DNA of 64,000 nt from a bacterium. GTDB taxonomy: Bacteria > UBA8248. The position numbers and the translations under genes are program-made. Below, piece after piece: positions 56,911 through 64,000 of this stretch. The stretch is from the NCBI GenBank assembly GCA_965202625.1, contig CBDBBI010000010.1:2144001-2208000 (forward strand), given 5' to 3'. Numbering within the stretch: the first letter of the stretch is position 1; the number at the start of each line of letters is the position of its first letter. The notes below the pieces were generated by a model, which had not been told where the DNA came from, searched no databases, and worked only from the letters and a program-made list of their open reading frames with translations.

Positions 56911-57939
56911 ATGCCGATGGATTGGGATGAGTTCAAATCGAAAAGACAAGGCGGTGGCGGTGGCATGCCCCCACAAATCAAGCTGCCCCAGTTCCGTTTG
57001 CCCAGTTTCAAGCTGCCATCGGCGGCGATATTCGTGGTGGTCGTGCTGATTTGGCTGGCGTCTGGAATTTTCAGCGTTGGGCCGGACGAGCAAGGGATCG
57101 TTCTTCGATTCGGACAGATTGACCGAGTCGTGTCCTCGGGTTTGAACTATCATATCCCCTTCCCGATAGAGACTGCCTACACGCCGAAAGTAACAGAGGT
57201 AAAGCGCGTGGAAATTGGTTTCCGCACCATCGATCCGGGGCCTCCTGCGCGGTATTCGGACAAGCCCCATGAATCGAGAATGTTGACGGGTGATGAAAAC
57301 ATGGTGGACGTCGATATGATCGTTCAATACCGCATCGTAGAGGCGGACAAATACCTCTTCAAGGTTCGGAACCCGAAAGAGACTGTGATCCACGCTGCAG
57401 AGGCCGCCATCCGGCAAGTGGTAGGCAGCAAGCCCATTGATGAGGCGCTCACTACGGGAAAAGGCGCGATTCAACAAGAGACGTCGGTAGAGTTGCAAAA
57501 GATATTGGATCGCTATGAAACTGGTTTGCGCGTGGTGGCAGTACAGCTTCAAGACGTGACGCCGCCGCGAGAGGTTATCCATGCTTTTAAGGATGTGGCC
57601 AGTGCTCGTGAAGACAGGAACCGCCTCGTGAATGAGGCGCAGGGCTATCAAAACCAGGTGATACCGGAGACCCGGGGCAAGGTGGCCGCTGTTCTCAGAA
57701 AAGCGGAAGCCTACCGGGAGACAAAAATTCTTCATGCGCGCGGAGATGCGAATCGTTTCCTGGCGACGCTCAAAGAATACAGAAAGGCGCCAGCGATTAC
57801 GCGCGAACGTTTGTATCTCGAGATGATGGAGGAAGTGATGCCGACGGTGGACAAGGTGATCATGGATCAAGGCAAATCGGGTGTATTGCCGATCCTCCCG
57901 CTCCGGGGCAATGGAATCGAAGGGATAACGAAACGATGA
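56911..57939 (+). CDS. hflK: FtsH modulator HflK
   Basis: MPMDW N-terminus, TM segment, MLTGDEN, AFKDVASAR, TRERLYLE. Confidence 0.95.
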   Translation: MPMDWDEFKSKRQGGGGGMPPQIKLPQFRLPSFKLPSAAIFVVVVLIWLASGIFSVGPDEQGIVLRFGQIDRVVSSGLNYHIPFPIETAYTPKVTEVKRVEIGFRTIDPGPPARYSDKPHESRMLTGDENMVDVDMIVQYRIVEADKYLFKVRNPKETVIHAAEAAIRQVVGSKPIDEALTTGKGAIQQETSVELQKILDRYETGLRVVAVQLQDVTPPREVIHAFKDVASAREDRNRLVNEAQGYQNQVIPETRGKVAAVLRKAEAYRETKILHARGDANRFLATLKEYRKAPAITRERLYLEMMEEVMPTVDKVIMDQGKSGVLPILPLRGNGIEGITKR

Positions 57940-58841
57940 GCACCGAGGGAACCGTAAAATTGCCCAAAAAGACGATCGTTCTGTTTGTTGTCGTGGCGCT
58001 TCTTGTCGTTGCGTCCAATGCTCTTTTGTTTACGGTTCGCGAAGACAGGCAAGTGGTTGTCACTCGGTTTGGTAAGCCGGTGCGCGTTTTGCGTAATGCG
58101 GGTCTTCACTATCGGTTACCATTTGTGGAGCAACTATCGTTTTTTGATCGTCGCTTGCTTGAGTATGACTCCAACCCGACGGAGATCATCACGCAGGATA
58201 AAAAGTCCCTCGTTGTGGATAATTTTTCGCGTTGGCGTATCGTCGACCCGCTGCAATTTCTGCGCACGGTCCGAAGCGAAACGGGGGCGCAGGCGAGGCT
58301 TGATGACATCATCTACAGTGAATTGCGTCTGGAACTTGGCCGCAAGGATTTGATCGACATCGTGGCCAAAGACCGCGCGCAGTTGATGGCCAAAGTCACG
58401 AGAGAGAGCGATAAAAAGGCGCGTCAATATGGCATTCAGATAGTAGACGTTCGCTTGAAGCGCGCGGATTTGCCGGGGGAGAACTTAAAGGCGATTTATG
58501 GGCGCATGCAAGCTGAGCGTCAAAGGATTGCGCGCCAATATCGCTCAGAAGGAAAAGAGCAGGCCGAAAAGATACGGGCGGAAACGAATCGTGAACGTGA
58601 CGTGCTCTTGGCGGGAGCCTATGAGAAAGAACAAGTCATCAAAGGCGAGGGAGACGCCAAAAGCATTGACATTAACGCTAGGGCGTTTGGGCAGGATCAG
58701 GAATTTTATGCGTTCTTGAAGAGTTTGGAAGTTTATCATCGCTCTCTAAAAGATAAGACGACTATCGTGTTGCCCGCGAGCAGTGATTTCCTCAGATTTT
58801 TGCAGGGGTCAAAGAACGAAAATCTAAAAAAATCCGAATGA
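57936..58841 (+). CDS. hflC: FtsH modulator HflC
   Basis: TQDKKSLVVDNF, VDVRLKRADLP, RMQAER, EFYAFLKSL. Confidence 0.95.
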   Translation: MSTEGTVKLPKKTIVLFVVVALLVVASNALLFTVREDRQVVVTRFGKPVRVLRNAGLHYRLPFVEQLSFFDRRLLEYDSNPTEIITQDKKSLVVDNFSRWRIVDPLQFLRTVRSETGAQARLDDIIYSELRLELGRKDLIDIVAKDRAQLMAKVTRESDKKARQYGIQIVDVRLKRADLPGENLKAIYGRMQAERQRIARQYRSEGKEQAEKIRAETNRERDVLLAGAYEKEQVIKGEGDAKSIDINARAFGQDQEFYAFLKSLEVYHRSLKDKTTIVLPASSDFLRFLQGSKNENLKKSE

Positions 58842-58856
58842 GGCTGATTCTGGTGA

Positions 58857-58891
58857 AAAAGAACCCCCTCTTTATGAGGGGGCTCTTTTTC
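58857..58891 (+). terminator. intrinsic terminator after hflC
   Basis: AAAAGAACCCCCTC-TTTAT-GAGGGGGCTCTTTTT. Confidence 0.8.
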
Positions 58892-59091
58892 TGAATGGCG
58901 AAGGAAAGACGGAAAGCGGATTTTCCGGTTTTTCTGTATGAAGGGAAGGCATGGGCGATGCCCAAAAGAGTTGCCTGCTATCTTTCCTTTTATATATGAA
59001 GACGCGTCAATCAATCATCCGTGAGTGGGGAGCAAAAATGTGGAGGTGCACTTGCCTGAAATATTGCTTAATATGATTGCTAGATGACTTC

Positions 59092-59261
59092 ATACAAAAT
59101 GTAGTGTGTTTTTTCATGATTCCGCAATATGTAGCGATCTGGATAGAGTTTTACCCACAGTTTATCCAGAGGGGAATAGACCAATTAGATTATAAAAAGC
59201 AATGGGTTATAGGGAATCTATATGTAGTATAACTCTGAGCTGTGGATACAATATCTTGCAC
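59092..59261. promoter_or_regulatory. cluster of 4 NrdR-box-like and 3 DnaA-box-like motifs
   Basis: NrdR-like 16-mers at 59092, 59122, 59215, 59246; DnaA-like 9-mers at 59151, 59162, 59241. Confidence 0.55.
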
Positions 59262-59422
59262 GTAAGAGAAAACTCCGGCTTTCTAACCGCTCTCTCGGGA
59301 ACGAATCATTTTGTCGGTTTCACCGTCAAGCGCGTTGCGGCGAAGGCGCGACGCCCAAATATGGGCAAAAGAGCAAAGCAAGCGACGTTTTTTGCTGTCT
59401 TGACCACCCTGATGGAAATGTC

Positions 59423-59788
59423 TCATTGCTTGTCCCTTAAATAACCATCGCTTCCATCAAGCCAGTCTTTCCGAATGGGGCTGAATATATCGTAATCTAT
59501 CACCGTTTCATCACCCACGACTTCTGCGGAGTGTGGAACGTTTGGGGGGATCAAAAGCGTTTCTCCAGGCCCAATCTCCACAGGTTCGTCGTCAATGACG
59601 AATCTAAGTTTTCCCTTGATGACGTGAGATATCTGCTCGTTCTCGTGGCTGTGCGTAGGAACCCGGCATCCCGGTTTTAGCTTGATCCAACAGAGCATCT
59701 CTTTTTCACCCACCACCATTTTTCTCGAAAAAGAAGTGGTCACGGTTTCTTCTACTATCTCATTCCAATGATATTTTTTGGCGCGCAT
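59423..59788 (-). CDS. cupin domain protein
   Basis: PTHSHENEQ, IPPNVPH, DIFSPIRKD. Confidence 0.9.
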   Translation of the reverse strand: MRAKKYHWNEIVEETVTTSFSRKMVVGEKEMLCWIKLKPGCRVPTHSHENEQISHVIKGKLRFVIDDEPVEIGPGETLLIPPNVPHSAEVVGDETVIDYDIFSPIRKDWLDGSDGYLRDKQ

Positions 59789-59993
59789 GGCGTATCTCCT
59801 CAGATTCGGTCGCTTCAATTGCGAATGCAAGAAGCCCTTTTTTCACTTAAGCGCGGTCTTTGTGATGAGAACGTGCTCAGGAAATCTTGCTCTATGAACT
59901 TATGCAGTCCATATGACATTCATGCTTTTCACTGGAAAACGTCCCATTGTGCGTTGTTTCACTTTTGGGTGGCGGGGAAACGCGCCGACGTAG

Positions 59994-60272
59994 TTACTGC
60001 TTATACTCAGGAAGCGTTCTGTTGAATCCTTTCCGCATGACCCGACCCTTTTTGAGCACGTAATAATCCTGGCCATATCGGATGACGCTGGTGAGAGGCG
60101 GAATTTGACATTCTTTAGAGATGATCTGGTTTTTTTGGGATTCGTCGCGGGGAAGGTAGCGCTCCGCGTCTTGGTCGGATAAATAAACCTTCCGATTGCA
60201 GTTGCTAGACGCTTTTTTGTATTCACCTTCCAGTCTGATGTTCTTGCATTCGCAAGCAATCGCATCGCTCAT
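59994..60272 (-). CDS. hypothetical protein
   Basis: AGGAG RBS, 92 aa, four Cys. Confidence 0.45.
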   Translation of the reverse strand: MSDAIACECKNIRLEGEYKKASSNCNRKVYLSDQDAERYLPRDESQKNQIISKECQIPPLTSVIRYGQDYYVLKKGRVMRKGFNRTLPEYKQ

Positions 60273-60481
60273 TGTCGATCTCCTGGAAAAGTAGGCCTAT
60301 GCTAAGAAAACGTACCTCTTGGTGTCAAGACCACTTCAGGTGAGAAACTTCAAAATTCTCAGAGAGGGGAGAGATTCCAAATTAGTTTGAAATATCTCCG
60401 TCCCCCAAGTATAATTGATTGGGCTTTTTCCTCATTATTTTGGATTTGTTTGCACTTCACTCATTTTCGGAGGTTACACAG

Positions 60482-60982
60482 ATGCCACGCATGGCGGAAA
60501 AGATAATTGATTCGGGCAATCCCTTCCCCAGCATTGAAGTAGATCGAGTGGGGGGAGGTAAAATCTCTCTTCCCGGCGATCTGTCGGGTGCATGGGGAGT
60601 AGTTCTTTTATACCGGGGGCACTGGTGACCGTATTGCAAGCAGCAACTTACTGCCTTCGAACGAGCTGTGAAGCTCCAGGAAGAGGGCGTCAAGGTTGTT
60701 GCCGCCTCCGTGGACACGGAGGAGCAAGCCCAGGGGACGATAGATGAATGTGGACTCCACTTTCCCGTGGGCTATGGCCTCGACAACAAACAGGTATCCG
60801 AGCTCCTTGGTTGTTTTTATGAAGAGAAACGCCAGATTCTTCACAGCACGGGCTACGTTCTAAAGCCGGATGGAACGGTTGCTGTGGGTGTTTACAGTAC
60901 CGGGCCCATCGGCCGGCTCGTGTGGCAGGATGTTCTGAATATGGTTCAGTTTCATAAGAAAATGATGGCGGCGCAAAACTAG
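60482..60982 (+). CDS. peroxiredoxin-like (AhpC/TSA) selenoprotein, UxxC (Sec at TGA 60626-60628)
   Basis: GGAGG RBS; LYRGHW-U-PYC; downstream ORF 60668-60982 is in frame; VVAASVD, YSTGPIGRL. Confidence 0.88.
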
Positions 60983-60994
60983 GAGCGGATTTTT

Positions 60995-61038
60995 GAGAGC
61001 ACCCTCTCAGCCGTTGATGCTGAGGGGGTGTTTTTCTC
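60995..61038 (+). terminator. intrinsic terminator-like hairpin between the two Prx-like genes
   Basis: CACCCTCTCAGC-loop-GCTGAGGGGGTG-TTTTT. Confidence 0.7.
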
Positions 61039-61091
61039 GTGCGCAAGCTCGGTTCGCCGGCTTTCATCTTTCAATAAAAGTGGAGTTGATT

Positions 61092-61619
61092 ATGCCGAAA
61101 GTGAACGATTTGTTTCTAGATACCGGGGATGATTTCCCGAGTATGTATATCTCGAAAGTGGGTGGTGGAAAAATTACTCTGCCTGATGATTTGAGGGGTG
61201 CGTGGGGTGTTGTGTTGTTCTACCGAAGTCATTGGTGACCTTATTGACTCGCACAGATGGCGGGGTTCTCCCGGGCGGGAGAAAAGCTTGAAGCGGAAGG
61301 CATCAAAGTCGTCGCGGCGTCTACTGACCCTGAAAATGAAGCCATGCAATCCATCGAAGCGAGCAAGGTGAACTTTCCAGTCGGTCACAGCCTGAATCCC
61401 GTGCGCATCTCTGAGGTGACAGGCGCTTATTACGCGCCCGAAGCGGGCGAGAAGCCAAGACCATACCTTCATTCTACGAATTTTTTGCTCTCGCCGGACG
61501 GGAAGGTGAACGTCGCGCTATACAGCTCAGGCCCTCTCGGGCGGCTCGTCTGGCAGGACGTGATCCAGGCTGTGCAGTTTCGAAAAAGACGGATGGCTCA
61601 GGCTCGGGATAGGGATTAG
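61092..61619 (+). CDS. peroxiredoxin-like selenoprotein with two Sec, UxxU (TGA 61236-61238 and 61245-61247)
   Basis: TAC CGA AGT CAT TGG TGA CCT TAT TGA CTC GCA CAG ATG = YRSHW-U-PY-U-LAQM; paralog of the upstream gene along its whole length. Confidence 0.82.
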
Positions 61620-61620
61620 A

Positions 61621-61652
61621 AAAAGCCGGCGAGGCTGCCCTCACCGGCTTTT
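61621..61652. terminator. bidirectional terminator between convergent genes
   Basis: AAAAGCCGG...CCGGCTTTT. Confidence 0.75.
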
Positions 61653-61662
61653 GGAGCTGTCT

Positions 61663-62052
61663 TTACGTGTTTTTGAGACGTTCTTTTATTTCATCCGCAT
61701 CGGACGCCTTGTTGTAGTCTTGGTCCAACGTGCCGTCGCCCGCAGGACTTTTGACCGCGAAGAATTTTGCTGGTCCTTCGGTGATGTGAATGCCATGTCG
61801 CGTGTTCCGGGGGATGTGCGCCAAGTCACCAGGCCCAATTTCTCGAATCTCCTCGCCACAGATCATGTTCATCTTTCCCTCGAGCATCAAAATGTATTGC
61901 TCTTCGTTGGGATGGAAGTGCGGCGGCGGGCCATCCCCTTGTGAATAGATGACCCACCCCACCTTCATCAACTCGCCAGTCGTTGCGTGATTGATGGCTG
62001 GACCTACTTTTGACCTGCCTTTGGGGAGTTCTTCCATTCTATAAAAAGGCAT
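61663..62052 (-). CDS. cupin domain protein
   Basis: PPPHFHPNEEQ, HIPRNTRHG. Confidence 0.88.
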   Translation of the reverse strand: MPFYRMEELPKGRSKVGPAINHATTGELMKVGWVIYSQGDGPPPHFHPNEEQYILMLEGKMNMICGEEIREIGPGDLAHIPRNTRHGIHITEGPAKFFAVKSPAGDGTLDQDYNKASDADEIKERLKNT

Positions 62053-62075
62053 CCCAAATCTCCTTTTGAGATATA

Positions 62076-62465
62076 TCAGATTGATTTCAGTTTTTTTCGC
62101 GCCTCCTCGACGTCTTTGTCCATGTTGTAGTCTTGGTAGAGGTCGCCGTCCCCCGCGGGGCTTTTTACGGTAAAGAACGAGAAAGGTCCCTCCATGATGA
62201 AAAGGCCATGTCGCTCACCGCGGCGAATATGGACCAAATCTCCGGGACCGACAACGCGGGTTTCCTCGCCCAGGAGCATATTCGCCTTGCCCGCCATCAC
62301 TAAAAGGAACTGCTCCTCGTTCGGATGAAAATGAGGGGGCGGACCGCCGCCTTCAGGATAGGTTATCATTCCGGCCTTCATGAGCTCCCCGCCCACGCTT
62401 TGCATACGTGCGTTCCCCATATCAACGAATTGCGTTTCCATTTCAGATATCCTGTAAAATGGCAA
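62076..62465 (-). CDS. cupin domain protein (tandem paralog)
   Basis: PPPHFHPNEEQ, VKSPAGDG shared with its neighbour; TTG start. Confidence 0.88.
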   Translation of the reverse strand: MPFYRISEMETQFVDMGNARMQSVGGELMKAGMITYPEGGGPPPHFHPNEEQFLLVMAGKANMLLGEETRVVGPGDLVHIRRGERHGLFIMEGPFSFFTVKSPAGDGDLYQDYNMDKDVEEARKKLKSI

Positions 62466-62483
62466 TTTTACGCCCCCTTGTTT

Positions 62484-63164
62484 TCAATTAAGCCGAGCGA
62501 CCACCCGAGTGGGCGCTCCCTCAATTTTATAGAGCTTCATGGGAAATGCGAACATTTCAAATTCGGTTTCATCAAACGTGTCCAAATTGACGATGTGTTC
62601 AATGAGTGGAATGCCTCGTCCCAATACCGCCCGGTGGCCGGGGGAATCTTCGTGGTGGACGATGGAGTCTGGTCGCAAGCCCGGGTCGATCGCATGGTCC
62701 ATGCACAGGGCCTTCATTCCGCAATCACATAAAAAATGACACGCTTCTGTGTCGAGATGAGGATTGGGGCCAAAGTAATCAGGGGTGAAGATTTTCTCTT
62801 TCGACCAACCAGTCCATGTAACGGCGATGGCGCCATCCAGTCGCTTGGGGTCGAACCCGGAGGAAGAGGCAATCATCTTTCGGTTGATGGGGCGCGCCTC
62901 TCGGGCGATTCCCCTCAAGTCGATTTTCACGGCGCGGCCACAAAATGTTTCAAGTGGCATTTCATCGATCGTTCTTCCATCTGTGTAGAAATGGTTGGGC
63001 GCATCGATATGTGTTCCTTGGTGTATCGCCATTTTTACCGCGCTGTTTTGACGGCCATGAGATGCATGTTCATGAAACTGCCAGTATTCCACCGGGGGAA
63101 ACGTCGGAACTTCACAAAGGTCCGGATGCCCCAGAGGCACAGTGAGATCAATGAGTCGGCTCAT
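62484..63164 (-). CDS. cyclase family metallohydrolase (kynurenine formamidase-like)
   Basis: HQGTHIDAPNH, IEHIVNL, EGAPTRVVA. Confidence 0.9.
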   Translation of the reverse strand: MSRLIDLTVPLGHPDLCEVPTFPPVEYWQFHEHASHGRQNSAVKMAIHQGTHIDAPNHFYTDGRTIDEMPLETFCGRAVKIDLRGIAREARPINRKMIASSSGFDPKRLDGAIAVTWTGWSKEKIFTPDYFGPNPHLDTEACHFLCDCGMKALCMDHAIDPGLRPDSIVHHEDSPGHRAVLGRGIPLIEHIVNLDTFDETEFEMFAFPMKLYKIEGAPTRVVARLN

Positions 63165-63999
63165 CGTCTTCCTCCGTTGAGTTGGCAACTACGAGATGAT
63201 GTTTTCTAAGGAAATCATGGATGAGGGCAAGCGTCGCCTCCGCCTTGTCCAGTTGAACGTAACGGCTCGTCCCTTCTATTAAAACAGATTCGCATCGGGA
63301 AATTTTTGTGGACAGCATTTGAATGTCCGGATGATATTCCCCATCGTGTTCACCTGTAAGCGCGAGAACCGGGCAGGAGACCTCGCCTAGGCGATCCAAT
63401 AAGTCGGGTGCCAGCAGTTCTGCGTATCCAGCCGAAGCATACCCGGACGGGTTATTTTGTAAGAAGAGGCGATGGTGCTGCGCGCGCTCTCGAGGGTTCA
63501 TGCCTCTGGGTTCTCTGTTCTCGTTTTTTCTGTTCTTGTAGGCTTCGCGCATTTCTCCTGCTTCGGCCAGATGGATTCGCTCGGCGATTCCCCTGCGCAC
63601 GCTCTTGCTGGCGGGCGCGGCGCCCGTCGCAATGAGAACGAGCGCGGCTGGGTGACGGGGCTGCTCGATCGCGAACAGGAGCGCCGCTCTTGCGCCTAAC
63701 CCGTGTCCGATGATGATGGGTTTCTCCAGGCTCAAAAGAGCGATGACATTCTGGATATCGCCCGCCATCTCATCCAGTGTATATTTTCCCCGAGGGCTTG
63801 AAGAGCGACCATGCCCTCTTGGCTCTAGGGCGATGACGCGGTGCAGGTGCATTAAAGTAGGGATGAGCTTGCGCCATACCCAGTTGGTGTCCCCAAGCCC
63901 TGGGACGCACAGAATCGGTGCGCCATCCCCAAAAGCCTCATAGCATAAAACGACAGGATCGTCTGTGCTGGAATGGCTGACGTTGACGTATTTGGCCGT
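63148..63999 (-). CDS. alpha/beta hydrolase fold protein (5' end beyond the window)
   Basis: Frame open to the window edge; GDGAPILCVPG, EPRGHGRS, GHGLGA. Confidence 0.8.
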   Translation of the reverse strand, partial: TAKYVNVSHSSTDDPVVLCYEAFGDGAPILCVPGLGDTNWVWRKLIPTLMHLHRVIALEPRGHGRSSSPRGKYTLDEMAGDIQNVIALLSLEKPIIIGHGLGARAALLFAIEQPRHPAALVLIATGAAPASKSVRRGIAERIHLAEAGEMREAYKNRKNENREPRGMNPRERAQHHRLFLQNNPSGYASAGYAELLAPDLLDRLGEVSCPVLALTGEHDGEYHPDIQMLSTKISRCESVLIEGTSRYVQLDKAEATLALIHDFLRKHHLVVANSTEEDDEPTH

Positions 64000-64000
64000 T

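Overview
A 64 kb window of a GC-rich bacterial chromosome; the last ~12 kb look less GC-rich by eye. It holds a complete rRNA operon (16S-tRNA-Ile-tRNA-Ala-23S-5S), housekeeping genes (rimO, csaA, gpmI, S41 protease, hflKC) and many catabolic or redox enzymes (two hydantoinase/oxoprolinase A+B pairs, aminotransferases, hydrolases, cupins, a cyclase). Accessory islets include an ATPase+TOPRIM-like pair, an HTH/DUF4258-like/RAMA-like tandem array with a domain-shuffled chimera, a type II R-M system and a deletion remnant beside the rRNA operon. The main result is five genes that the ORF track splits at in-frame TGA codons falling on redox-motif Cys positions, i.e. probable selenoproteins: GrdB/PrdB-like (UPLC), UGSC-family (UGSC), AhpD/CMD-like (CNYU, beside a paralog lacking the motif) and two tandem peroxiredoxin-like paralogs, one UPYC and one with a rare double-Sec UPYU motif. 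Four of the five have a SECIS-like hairpin just downstream. Also notable: an orphan cluster of four NrdR-box-like motifs interleaved with DnaA-box-like motifs between convergent genes, and a 4 x ~145 bp tandem repeat carrying the 3' end of gpmI. All family assignments come from motif recognition by eye, not database searches.
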